The notes beneath the pieces are model-generated. The model was not told the DNA's origin, did not search any database, and saw nothing but the letters and a program-made list of their open reading frames with translations. From the human T2T-CHM13v2.0 reference genome, Homo sapiens, in assembly GCF_009914755.1 (NCBI RefSeq), contig NC_060930.1: a stretch of DNA of 64,000 nucleotides; one strand, written 5' to 3'. How positions within the stretch are numbered: the stretch's first letter is position 1; each line of letters opens with the position of its first letter. Both the position numbers and the translations under genes were made by a program. Positions 50,257 through 62,828 of this stretch are shown piece after piece.

Positions 50257-51449
50257 GTAAGTAGCGACTATGGGGGCTAGGAGAGTCCAAGAAGTGGGGA
50301 GCTGGGACGCCCGGCCTCCTGCGTCCCAGCTCTCCACTTCCAGACCCGGCTGGACTCGGGACTAGAAAAGGTGGCCTGGTGCCGCCGCTGCCTTCCAGTG
50401 TGCTCACTGGCCCTCGTGGCGGGGAGCCCAGACGCGGCTCCTAGGCGGCCCTAGACAAGTACGGCCGAGACGCTGTCACCCCAGGGGGCTGCCCCACCTG
50501 AGCATCATCCCACGGGCCCGCCCAGCCCCACCTGGAGAGCCGCAGGCTCCAAAGTCTTCCCCATTCTCGGGGACCAGGTTCCGGGGTCGCGCTGAGGGCC
50601 CCTGAACCCTCTTGGACTGCCTGGCAGCGGCTTCTTCCTACCACCACGGCTCACCATCCAGACGCGCCGCCCGGCTGGCCCCACCGGGAGAGGCTCCCTC
50701 CCTCCCCTTTCTCCCCGAACCCTCATCTTAGAAGCCCTCGGATTCAGTCTGGATCCCAAAGAAGGGCTGAATTCGGAGGACCTCTCTTTGCCCCCAAAGT
50801 CGGTTTTCTGACACACATTCCCACGCACAGCTGGTAGGGGCAGGAGGGTCGAGGATGCTCTGGGCTGCTGCGGCACAGGGCAGGCTGGTTGGTCACTAAC
50901 CGGATTTCCCGGACAGACAACTCTGGCGCTGTGGGCGGGTGGCCTGGGAGCCCAGATCCCTGTCCCTGGCTTAGGACCCCGGGAGGAGACCGAGGGGGTG
51001 GGTAAAACGTGACTGAGAAACTTGATCGCGCCCATCTTTGGGGCAAAGAGATTTGGAGGCCGCAATTATTCAGACAGTTCCACGAAGTGGTTGAGGTTTC
51101 TCTCTTTCTCCTGATTTTCCAGAAACTTTTGCAGAGTTTGGACAGGCAAAGGAAAACGTGCAGCCCGCGGATCTCCGGGCCTCAGAGAGCAGGGAGTCGG
51201 GGAGACTGAGGCCCCGCTCCGAGAGCGCGGAGGAAGCGCGCCCAGCCGGCTTCCTGTGGGGGCTCGGGCCTCGGGCGCCCCGCGGACAGACGTGTCCGGC
51301 TCCTGGCTGGGCCAAGCCCGGCGCGGGGGAGGGGACCCGCAGAGGGGCGACTGAGAAGGCGAGGAGGGGGCGGGGAGAGGGTGGGCCAGGGAAGAGGGGA
51401 GGGGAGAGGCGAGTAGGGGAGGAGCGAGGGGGGCTGGAGGGAGAGAAGG

Positions 51450-51635
51450 AAGAAGGAAGGGGCGAACGGCGTGAGCTGGCGCCGAAATGGGAGAAAGCAG
51501 CGAGTGAGAGGGGAAGGGGCGCCAGGCGAGCACCCGGGAGCCAGCGGGACCTGGGCAGGGGCGCCCGGAGCAGGCGCGCATGGCGGGCCCCGCGCGGGGA
51601 TCCGGCTGGAAGAGAGCGTAGCACGGCTCGCACGA
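51450..51635 (+). other. MDFI: MDFI 5' leader exon (start approximate)
   Basis: GTGAGT donor at 51636; 86-nt intron to acceptor TTTTCCGCAG ending at 51721. Confidence 0.75.
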
Positions 51636-51732
51636 GTGAGTGGACGTGGGAGGCGCGCATCTGCGGGGGAATCGCCCCTTGCCCGCCTCCGGCGCCGCCC
51701 GCTGAGCCCTGTTTTCCGCAGGTCCGGGGCCG

Positions 51733-51808
51733 ATGTACCAGGTGAGCGGCCAGCGCCCCTCTGGCTGCGACGCGCCCTATGGAGCCCCCAGCGCAGCCCC
51801 GGGCCCAG
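51733..51808 (+). CDS. MDFI: MDFI first coding exon (exon begins 51722)
   Basis: MYQVSGQRPSGCDAPYGAPSAAPGP, I-mfa N-terminus; CAG|GTAGG donor. Confidence 0.95.
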
Positions 51809-52060
51809 GTAGGACCGGGAGTGGCGAGCGAAGCTGGACAGGGGCGGGTGGGCGGCTGAAGGGGCCAGTTATTAGTTCTCCTCTCCGTCCCCAGACGCGG
51901 GGAGACCGTTCCAGGGAGCTTGGTGGGGGTAGGGACGAAAAGTCTGGGTTTGAGGACTTGGTCCAAGGAGAGTAGGGGGCTGGGCGAGGGAGGCAGGGCC
52001 CTGAACAGAGGCTGCGGCTGCGCCAAGTTGGCTCCAACTCCCCGCAACTCCCGACACCAG

Positions 52061-52062
52061 AC

Positions 52063-52093
<31 letters not shown>

Positions 52094-52098
52094 TACAC
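52061..52098. repeat. (CA)n microsatellite
   Basis: Interrupted AC run. Confidence 0.9.
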
Positions 52099-55000
52099 TC
52101 CGCGGTGTCTGTCCGTCTGGGATTTGTGTCTCAACTGTTTCTGCCCAGTGTGTAAATATTTGTGGGGGCCTGGTGTGGGGGAGGGGGCGTTGTCTGAATC
52201 TTTCTCTACTTCCCTTCCCCCAGCCCAACCAGAGCCCAGCGCTTCCCGAAAACTTTTGTCTGCCGCGAGCGGCTGCAGGACCCAGCCCCTCCCCTCTTTC
52301 TTGCCATCCCTTCTCCCTCGCCTTCCTTCCCTCTCGTGCCGGCCAGTCCCCGCCGCCCCTGCCCTGTGCACACACACGCACCCCAACCCAGTGTCTTCAG
52401 CCCAAGTGAAATGCCCCGTCCCGCGCCTGGCGCCGTCTGTAACCTACCCGCGATTCCTGGGGGAGCCTCTCACGCCAAGTACGGTTTGTGACTCCCTGAA
52501 GGGGTTTGGAGTAGGGGCCTCGCCGGCCCTGGTTCTCAGTCCCTTCCCCTCACTGGCCAGATGCCTAAGCCGAAGCTCCCAAATGGAAGTCCGGGTCAAG
52601 GAGAAGTCAGGAACCTCTGGGATGTGTTCAGGGCCAGGGGAACCGCGTGCAGGAGTGTGGACCCGGATTTCATAATTGGAATCTCCACTGTCTAAGTCGT
52701 TGCCTTCCTCCCCACCAGCGCCATTCCCCCTTTCCCCTCTTTGACTCTGAATAATGAAGGTCTGTTCCTGAACCTCTGACACGAACTCCCTGCCTTGCCT
52801 TGGACAAGCTCCTTCCCTTCTCTGGCCTGAGCCTCCACATGCGCCCTCGAAGCCGGCCTGCCTGCCTGTTCTAGGAGGCCCCTCTCCACTCCCCACCTAC
52901 TTGGTATGGACGCCTAGTTGTGGAGGTGGGGGGTCCTCTAAACCAGAGTGAGGACAAGTGGAAGATGTCTGGCCAACAGCCAGCACATAGATGAGGCCAG
53001 TGTGTCTACAGCCCATCTTGGCGAAGCCTCAAATTGCCTGCTGTCTCTGTGGGGCCCCTGCAACGGGGCCTTCTGCAGGATGAGCGCCTCCAAGAATTGG
53101 ACTCCTTCAGCCCGGAGGGACAGCTGGGGGCAGGGCACTTGGAAGGGTCCTTCTCTGTGTCTGGGAACCTTCCCTGTCCCGCTGGGCCTCCTTCCTGCCT
53201 CCTCCCTTCCTCAGCCTCCTGCTCTCCCATCCTCTTACTCTCTCCAGCTTTCTCCCTCCCCTTATCCATTTTCTCTGCTCTCCCTCCACTACCTCCTTCC
53301 AAGATCCCCTTCCTTGTTGAAGCTATTCTCAGCTCCAGCAGCAAGAGGAGAGGGCTAACTGCACACAACCGGGGCCAGCGTGGGCAACTGGGAGGGTTAA
53401 GCTCTGGGCTGTAACTTGAGGCCCCCCAGCACCCCAGCAGACCCCCTCCCCAGCCTGGGCTGGGCCAGACAATGCGGCTTTCATAACTCAAGGCTTCGCT
53501 CTGCCACCGCCTTGGGAGAATGAGCCTGCTGCCCAGGAAGCCCAAACCGCAGGAGACCCAGCCAAAACCCCACAGATGCCTGAATTTGAGACCAGAATCC
53601 CCCACGCTTTACTCCCTGAGTGCTGACAGAACAGCAAGGCCACAGCGCTGCCCCAGGGGCTCTGCTGGCAGGACAGCCAGGGAGCAAGTCGGCCTCCTCC
53701 CTCAGCCACCCCAGATGCAGACAGGGCACAAGGGGACTCAGGGCAGATCTGGTAGGGGCAGGTGGCCAAGCCCCCACACCCTTGGCTCTCCTAGTGGCCT
53801 CCTCCCCACCCACCCCTGAGAGCCCCGGGAGCCTGGCTCCCTAGCCCACAGGCACATTTTTGCCCAGCATTGGGGCGTCACATTCCTGTTCATGGTTCTA
53901 AATTGAATTTCCTGGGGATTTGGAACCTTCAGACCTAAAATAAAACCAACTTGTCCCAGACTAACTGGCCAGCTCAGGCCCTCTTTAGTTTTCAGCTTGG
54001 TGGCCTGGGAGTGTGACCATTGGATTCGCATCAACCATGTGTGCATCAAAGGAGTCCACCCTCTCTGACTTTCTTGGGGTTCAGGTCCAGGTGCCACCCC
54101 TAGTCTTCATTTCTTTCTCTTTCTCCTTCCCCTGACAGGGGCATTCCAAACTCCAGAAAGTACTCCCCAGTAGGCATTTGCCGAGTGCCCCCTGGGGATG
54201 CAGAGATGAATATGGACACCACTCCAAGGGAGTGAGTTGGGAGGGCTGTAGTCTGGTTGAGAAGCCGGGATTTCACTAGCAAATTGTAATTAACAAGAGG
54301 GAACACTGGAGCTAAATTCTTAGCAACTGGGTCAGAGAAAGCTGTCTAGAGGAAGAGGTGAAGTTTGAGCTTGGTCCAGGATGAGTTGGGTTTGGAGAGT
54401 GGGAGGGGTAGGATCTTCTGGTCAACAGGAATAATATAAGCATGGGTGGACTGGTCAGAAGATCCGGCAATGGCCCAGACCATGGGGAGGCCGGTCTGCG
54501 TGGAACACAGGATCCTGGTACATTGATAGATTGAAGGTCCGGACTGAGGCCTTGAATGCCAAGCCAAGGAAAGATTGAGGTGTGGGGTTCCAGCCACCAC
54601 TCTCTGACCATATGAGGTTCTGGCCTTCCCTCTCCAGAGACGGTCAGAGTTCCAAGTGGGAAGCCCAGATCCACGGTCCACAAAGACAATGACGAGGGCT
54701 AAACTTAAGGCAGTAGGCCGTGGAGCTCTGGAACACAGGCCTCTCTCCACACCAGCCAGGGATTTTTTGGCTGAAACTCCCATGGGCACTGTGCAGGCTT
54801 GAAACCATCCCACCGGAAAGAGGTTCCCCCCTACTCCCTGTTGGTCCAGGACCACCCCTCAACTTGGTGGATGGCAAGCAGAGAGAACCCACAGAGTCCT
54901 TGCTGAGGGTGTGAGTCTCGGCCTTTCCTCTTGGGCTCATGGATTTAAACATGGCTCTCCCACTCCCATCTGGGGCGTCTTTCCAGAGCTCCAGGCATTT

Positions 55001-56506
55001 ACCAGAATCTTACCCCATGTTAGGAATGAGAGTGTATTGAAGCAAAGGGGCTGTTGCCTTTCCGTATCTCCCCTTTGTAGATAGCCACCCTTGAGAGGAG
55101 GAGTACAGGGCTGGGGGCTTCTGCTCGGAGCCAGCATGTGTGGCACCCGGTGCAGATTAGAAAAAGGAACCCCCTTGGTCAGATGGAGCAGGTGCGCAGT
55201 TGGGTGAGCAGATGGCACCTACTAGGAGGGCAAGGACTTCAGCCACATCCGCTCACCCCCTTGGCAGGCACCTTCTGCAGTACATGAATTGTACATCCAC
55301 ACGGGGGGCCTCCTTCACCTTTGCTGGCCACCCCCTTGCCTCCTGCCCACCCCACACTTCCACCCTCCAGAAGTTTCTCCCCTGAGATGTTCTCCCCTCT
55401 GTGGCTGGACAGCGGTGTCTCTTGGTTACAGAATGGCAAAGTGGGCTCTTGGCGCCTCTGCCCCATCTGTTCCAAGCAGGAGCTGCTTCTCAGTCCACAC
55501 CTAGGGGTCTGGGCCACCCGGGCAGTGTCTCCTCTGCAGACCAGGTCTTCCTGCAGCTGCTTCTTCCTTTTCCTTCTGCTTCCCTGTCTCTGGATATCTG
55601 GCACAGCTCCCTCTTCTGCCCTCCGTGCTGGTTTGCTGGGTCCCCTCTGTGGCCCCTCCTGGCTCCAGAGGTTCTCTGTCCCTCTGTGTGTCTCCAGGTC
55701 AGGATTATTGGACTTGGTTTTCTTTCCTTCCTCATTTTTCCTCCACAGTCTGATGCCTGGTAGGCTTTCTGTGGGATGGGCCTCCTCGGGCCTTGGTCTG
55801 CACTCTGTAATTTCCTGTTCCCACCAGATCCAAGGTCACCAGCCCTGTAGGTGACTGTCAGGAGAGGCTGCCCAGAGAGCAGAGACACTTTGGGTAAGGC
55901 AGGTGGAGATGTGAACTCCAGGCTCCTTAAACCCTCTTCCTTGCCTTCCTCCCTCTCTAACACTGCGGGGAGGAGGGGGAGCAGGGCAGGGAGCAGAAGT
56001 CCTGGCTCTCTCTACCATAGGACTCACAGTGTCACCTCTGTGAGCCCTGGTGACCTCAGCAGGAAGCCTGGGAAATGACCACAAGGCCTGTCATGCCCTG
56101 CTATCATTCTAGGCTTCCCAGCCTCAACACCACCCCGCAGCATGTGGCTTCCTTGCTCTCTGTGTAGCGGCTCACTCGGGGGTCTTGATTCCTGCTGCTC
56201 TTCTCAAAACTCCCCCTCTGTACTGCTGATTGGTCAAGACTCAGTGTGAGTACTGCCTGCCCCAGGAAGCCTGCTTGACACACTCAGCCATCTGGGCTAG
56301 GTGCCCGTCTTCTGTGCTTCCACCATTCTTCCAGATGCCCCAGTGTAACTCTTGCACCTCTGGGTATGTAAGAGCCACCAGCCCACCTCTCCCCTAACCG
56401 AGAACTCCGAGGCAGTGAGCTGGTCTTTCTCACTCGGGTATACCCAATACTTGTCATATTGCTGGGTGCCTCGTAGGTGCTTAATAAATGTTAAACCACA
56501 CAGCAC

Positions 56507-56712
56507 AGGAAGGAAGGAAGGAGGGAAGGAGGGAAGGAAGGAAGGAAGGAAGGAAGGAAGGAAGGAAGGAAGGAGGGAGGGAGGGAGGGAGGGAGGGAGG
56601 GAAGGAGGGAAGGAAGGAAGGGGAAAGGTCAGAAGCCAAACTACTCATTAAAAAAAAAAGAGAGAGAGAAAGGAGGGAGGAAGGAAAGAAGAGAGGAAGG
56701 GAAGGAGGGAAG
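56507..56712. repeat. (GGAA)n/(GGGA)n purine microsatellite
   Basis: 10 consecutive GGAA at 56532-56571, followed by GGGA units. Confidence 0.95.
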
Positions 56713-57901
56713 AGTAGTAGGGCTGTGGGTGAAAGGCTCGTGAACAACCCCCTGATGAGCATTTTCTTTCCTCCTTGAAACCCTGTGGCATGAGATTAGG
56801 ACTGCAAAGTAACCCAACCCTTTCCATGCAAAGTAACCCAACTCTGATAATTTGCCAGGCTGGTAACTGGTGAATGTAGGGCTTGGATCTTCTGCTTCTC
56901 ACTCAGGTCTTTCTGTCTCATTACACCCTGTGGGAGAGTCAGGTCCCCCAGTTCAGGGCCCAGGGCCATAGCAAGATGCCTCTGGGGGCCAGGGTCCGGA
57001 GCTAGGCAGGCCCCTGGTTTCCTGGAAATTAGGACCCTGAGCCTCCCTTTTCATGGCAACTTGGTCTTAGCCTTCAAGAGCCATATCTGAGCTGGTGTAG
57101 ACCAGGCTCAGGGCTAGGAGAGGCACCATCTAGCACCAGCGTCTCCACTTGCCTGCTCCTCCTTGTCCAAATCCTCTGATCGTCCAAAAGCTATTTGATT
57201 TCCCAATGATTAACCCAGCTATGAGGGGAGCTCTCAACAGGCCCAAAGAGCAGATGGAGCTGAAAGGAACCCACCCCTGCCTCCATGGAGCCATGGGCCC
57301 CGGGAAGGGTTCCCAGCACATAACTCTCCTGCCCTGCACAAATCCTAGGAGCGCCAGCCCTCCCTCCCCATTGCCCCAGCTCCTGTCTCCAGGCAAGCCC
57401 TGTGGTTTTTCCCTGGGCAGGTGAGAGCATGCCTGCTGGGCCTGCCGCCCTCTGTGCTTCCCACATGGGGCCTCTGGGGCGTCCATTCCCCTGGCTGTGG
57501 GGGACCAGACCCCTTGGAACAAGGGTCATGAGGGTCATGGCCACAGAAGGGTGTGCTCTGGGCCCAGGGAGGCAGCTGGGCCACAGGATCTTCTCCTCAG
57601 CATGCTTCCAACTCCCATCCCCCAGGCCTGCATGCCCAAGCCTCCACTGATCCCTCTAATTACCTCCCTCCTCTCTTCTTTGATCTCTCATCTCCCTCTC
57701 TTTGCCTCTCTCCCCCACCCCCACTCTCTCCCTCTCTGTGTCAACCCCTCACTATTCTCTGTGATTGATTCCATTTCAATTCCCAAGACTACCCTGTGTC
57801 TCTCTGTGTCTCTGTCTCTGCATGTGCCTCTTTCTGGTCTCTCTGTGGGGTGTGTACTCTTTGGGCTTCCCTGCTGTTTCTCATCATCTCCCTGTCTGCC
57901 C

Positions 57902-57997
57902 GTGTCCCCCTCTGTGTCACTCTGCCTCTCCCCGTGTCCCCCTCTGTGTCACCCTGCCTCTCCTTGTGTCCCCCTCTGTGTCACCCTGCCTCTCCCT
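57902..57997. repeat. 32-bp minisatellite x3
   Basis: GTGTCCCCCTCTGTGTCAC(C/T)CTGCCTCTCC.. units at 57902, 57934, 57966. Confidence 0.85.
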
Positions 57998-59112
57998 GCG
58001 CTTTTTTGGCCTCTGCATCTCTGAGTCTCTTGTTTCTGTGTCTCCTTGCTCTTTCTCCCAACATGATATTTGGGGAGGGGGCAGGTGGAAGGCCACCCTC
58101 TTTAGACCCCTGTCCTTCCAACTAACTGCATAGGCTGAGGTCTGATGAGAGGCCCAGGCTGCACCCTACACCCTTTCATTGCCACAGCCTGGGCCCGCCC
58201 CTGACCCCTGGCTGAGTGTGTGGAAGCTCGGACCCCTTTCTTCCTCCCTCCCTCACCTCCCATCCCCCATCCCTTTTCCCCCTGAGCCTAGGGGCCCTAG
58301 TCCTGCAGGCTGGGGAGCTGTGGGTTTGAAGGTGGCTCCATTTCTGCCTCCTGCCGCCCCTGCACAGAGCCACTGTAATTACATGTGGCTGCGGTTCACC
58401 TCTTCCCCAGTGCTCCGGCCGGCTCCTTGTCCTCCTCCTGACTGTAGCCCCTCCCTGCTCCTCACCCCCAGGTTCCTCTGACTCCTCTATCATCATCCTC
58501 TCTGACCCAGTTTCTCCCGTCTCCCTCCGCGCTCTGTATCACACAGTGCTACCTTCTCTGTCGCCTCTGCCCCTGCCCCATCTCTATCTTTCTCTCCATT
58601 ACTGACTTCCGTGCTATTGCTGCGTCTCACTCCCGTCTCAGGCTGTCTGTCACTGGGTCACTGTGGATCCCTTTTCCGTGCCCAATCTCTCGCAGTCCGA
58701 TGCTCTATCTCCCTTTACCTCTACCTCTCACTGTCCCTTTGATTCTCCCTGTCACTCTCGATGCCTGTCCCTATCTCTCCGTTGCTGACCGTCCGTCTGT
58801 TCTCCCGTGTTGTTTCTGCCTCCTCTCCCTACTTCTCTTTATATTCTGCCATCTCTGCCCCTCCCGACACCACATGCACACGTGCACACACTCAAATGCA
58901 TGCACACCCTTGCTCACTCCCAGATTGTGGTTTGGGAGCTTTCTATTTTGGAGCCCGGTGCTGTTGTCAGCTAGAGTAAGGGCTGCATAACTGATGCAGA
59001 CAGACAAAGAATGAGGGTTCAGTGGGCATGCTGGGCTGTGGGGCGGGGCCCACGGCTGGGCAAACAGGAAGGCCCCAGGAAAATGGACCTCAGTCATCTG
59101 CTTTTTTCCTAG

Positions 59113-59295
59113 CCCAGACCCTATCCCTCCTTCCTGGGCTGGAGGTAGTAACAGGATCCACTCACCCTGCGGAGGCAGCACCAGAGGAGGGCTCCCTGGA
59201 GGAGGCGGCAACCCCCATGCCCCAAGGCAATGGCCCTGGCATCCCCCAGGGCCTGGACAGCACTGACCTCGACGTCCCCACAGAAGCTGTGACAT
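59113..59295 (+). CDS. MDFI: MDFI coding exon
   Basis: AQTLSLLPGLEVVTGSTHPAEAAPEEGS...DVPTEAVT; TAG acceptor, GTGAGT donor; 183 nt, phase 1-1. Confidence 0.95.
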
Positions 59296-60762
59296 GTGAG
59301 TCCTAGGGGGCCAGGAGGTTGGATGGCAACATGTAGGGTTGCACTAGGGAACTCAACCCAAATGGGTCGGCAAAAATGGGTGCACCCGCTTGGCCAGAAC
59401 CTTGAGTGTGGCAGCACAGGCAGCAGAAAGGGGAAGGGCACTGTCACTGTGCTTTCTGTCAAGGGGAAGACCTCCACTGCAAGGTGACTAGGAAGCAGGG
59501 AGTGTGGGCAGGCTCCAGGCAAAATGGCTCAGGACAGAGAGCATGCGGCTACCTGGAGAGAGGCACCCCCTGCCTCAGGAAGAGAGCTACGGGGCTGGGG
59601 TCCGGCAGGGAGCCAGGGCCTGATGCATCTCCATCCTTCCGGGAATCAGGGATAAAAGGAAGAAGCCCCCAGTTGCTCTAGGGCGAAAGGAACAAAATTC
59701 AGCTCCATTCCCAGGCCTGGCTCGAGTTCTCCAAGGAGGTCCTGGGGGGAGGGAGAGAATTTTCCACCTTCACCCTCAAGAACAGGAGAAGCAACAGCTG
59801 GGATCATTTTATAACTAACGAAGATTTGCCCACATCTTTAGACACATTTTTACTTTCCAACTTTCTTTCCCTGAGTGGGCTCACTTGCTCTCCTAATCAG
59901 CCTGCAATGAGGCAGCAGGATGGCTACTGCGAAGCCCATTTTAGAGATGAGGAAACAGGCACAGAGAACGGCCCACCCTGGTCCCAAGCTGGGAAACTCA
60001 GGTCTCCCGGCCCAACACTCTTTGCAGTGCCTGCCTGCATGCCCAGCTGGCATGGCTGAGCTGGAAGCCTCCTCCAGCCAGGGCATCTGGGGCTAAGCTG
60101 GACTCCCTGGAAGTCAGGCTTACTAATCCCACTAGTGCACGGCCCTCGGTCTCCTCCAGCACACCCACTAGCAGAATTGAGAGAAAGAGGTCAGCGCCTT
60201 GGCAGTGGAGGAGGGGGTCTGGTGGGAATGGGACAGACACTCCTGTGTCTGTGAGCCCTGAGTGTTTGCTCTGTGACTCAGCCCCCACGGCCATGGCCAC
60301 AGACAAGCTCTGTGTCTGTCCACGTCGCCCAGATCCTTCAGCTCACCACACACTCCCGCCCTCTGGTCAGTGTGCCCATGTTTCGGCAGAAGGGCAAGGG
60401 GCACCGAAGCTGGCCAAGGACTTGGCCCAGTCACCCTGTGTGGGGCCAAGAGGTGGGGGCCTGATGATTCAGGCCTGGCCACTAACCATAGCCTTAACCC
60501 TGTTTACCCAGATGCAGGCATCAGCCACACCTCTTGCTGGAGGCTCCCAGCATGGAGCCTCTCCAGAACCCTGCTTCCCACCCTCCCCCGATCCCCCACC
60601 TTGTCCTTAGCTCCTTTCTCCCAATCTTCATGCCCTCCCCACTCCACTTCCCAGCTAGAGGACCTTTGGCAAGTTTTCCCCTCTCTGGGCCTCTGTTTTC
60701 TCATCTGTGAAATGGGGCCAGTAGTAGATCTATTGCGATGCCTAAAGAAGCTGCTCCACCTA

Positions 60763-61065
<303 letters not shown>

Positions 61066-62603
61066 CTAAAGCTTCTAGCACTGTGCCTGGTACATAACAC
61101 CAGTTATGAGGGTAGTGATTGTCGTGGTAGTAGCAGCTTATTCCTCAGTCGCTTGTCTCCCAGCCTCTGCCCCCATGCTGGCCTCTGCCCTCTGAGCCCC
61201 AGCTCCTAATCTCTAACACTTGCTAGCTGTGTGACCTTGGGCAACTTACTGTACCTCTCTGACACTTGCTAGCTATGTGACCTTGGGCAACTTACTGTAC
61301 CTCTACCTCTCCGGGACTCAGTTTCCTCATCAGTAAAAGAAGACTAGCAATACTGAGGGGATCCGTGAGCAGCAAGTACTTAGAAGGGCTGGCGTGCAGG
61401 AAGCAGGCAGTGTGCAATGTTGTGACTGCTGCCGTCACTGGAAGACCCGGCCTCTTCAGCCAAGGGAGGCACCGAGGCCACCCTCCCCTCTCCTTGGGCT
61501 CCAGGGCCCCCAAGACATCTCCTACACAATTCACATACACAGACCAGGCCTGGAGGGAGATGGGGATCCAGATCCCAGCTCCTGAGGGACTGAAGTGCCC
61601 CCCACATTTACAGAGGGTCCTTGAGGCCACAGGGTCCTGCCCAGGAGTCAGGACCCCTGCACAGCTGAGGGGCCCCAGAGCTCTCAGTGACCCCTCTTCA
61701 GTCCCTCCGCACTCCCCCCACCATACACACCTCCCCTCATCTCTTGAGAGCAGAACTGAGCCAGCTGGTTCTCACCCAGAACTGAACATCCCTGAGCGAG
61801 GAGCAGGAAGGAATTCGGGGTTTGGGGGGTCTCCAGGGTCACCTTGCCTGTACTCCATTGATAAAGCTGAAGTCTGGTCCCTCAGCCTGCAATGGGGACC
61901 CGGGGGTCCTGGCTTCAGGGGTCTCCCCACTGCCCTTCTTCTTGCCTTCTTCCCTCCCTCCTCTCCCAGACCCCTCTGCCAGCTGCCCATAGAGGCAGGA
62001 TGGGGTTGAGGGTGCGGAGGGCAGAGGCTTGAGTGGAGGCACCAGGTGGAAGGAGCAGGAGGTAGAGGGGCTGCAGTGAGGAGCCCCTGGATTCCAGAGC
62101 CAGGCGTTCATCTCCAAACAGATGTTTCCAATAAATCACCCAGTGCGCCAAGGGCAATAACAGCTGGGGGCTTGGCAGAGGCCGAGGTGAAGATTAACTT
62201 CTTCACTGCTGCGCTCCCAACCCCAGCCAAACCACCCCTCTTCCCCAGCACTGCCACTGCCACCACTCTGCCAAAACCCCAGGATGACAAGAGCAGGAGA
62301 ATGGACTTTGTGTGAGGAACAAAGGAGAGGTCCAGGGCTCCAAGCCCCTGCCCTTATACATCTGTCATTTCTGGACTGAGCACTGAACTGAGAGTCAGGA
62401 GCTAGGCCCAACTCAATTTCATGGCGTGGCTCTGGACTAGTCATTTCTTCTCTCTGGGCCTCAGTTTCCCCATCTGCAGGATACAGGTCTGGCTGGGTGC
62501 TTTGGGGTATATGTAAGAATGCAGCAGGCAGGATTCGAGCATAGCTCTGGGGGCCGAATGACCCCCACCCTTTTCCCATCACACTTTCTCTTCATCTCTC
62601 CAG

Positions 62604-62828
62604 GCCAGCCTCAGGGGAACCCCTTGGGCTGCACCCCACTTCTGCCGAATGACTCTGGCCACCCCTCAGAGCTGGGCGGCACCAGACGGGCGGGGAATGG
62701 TGCCCTGGGTGGCCCCAAGGCCCACCGGAAGTTGCAGACACACCCATCTCTCGCCAGCCAGGGCAGCAAGAAGAGTAAGAGCAGCAGCAAATCCACCACC
62801 TCCCAGATCCCCCTCCAGGCACAGGAAG
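62604..62828 (+). CDS. MDFI: MDFI coding exon (final Cys-rich exon lies beyond window)
   Basis: CQPQGNPLGCTPLL...HRKLQTHPSLASQGSKKSKSSSKSTTSQIPLQAQE; GTAAG donor; 225 nt, phase 1-1. Confidence 0.95.

Larger units (their letters stand above)
49840..52480. promoter_or_regulatory. MDFI: CpG island / MDFI promoter region
   Basis: Very high GC and CpG density, GC boxes (GGGGCGG), G-rich purine tract 51360-51460. Confidence 0.9.

Noticed and set aside
51070-52386. 438-aa minus-strand ORF and other long ORFs over the CpG island
   Set aside because: Low-complexity Pro/Gly/Arg/Ala products typical of GC-rich DNA; spans a CA repeat; no recognisable domain.
56803-56842. 16-bp direct repeat TGCAAAGTAACCCAAC x2 (similar micro-duplications near 6973-6996 and 12862-12925)
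   Set aside because: Ordinary short tandem duplications with no supporting functional signal.
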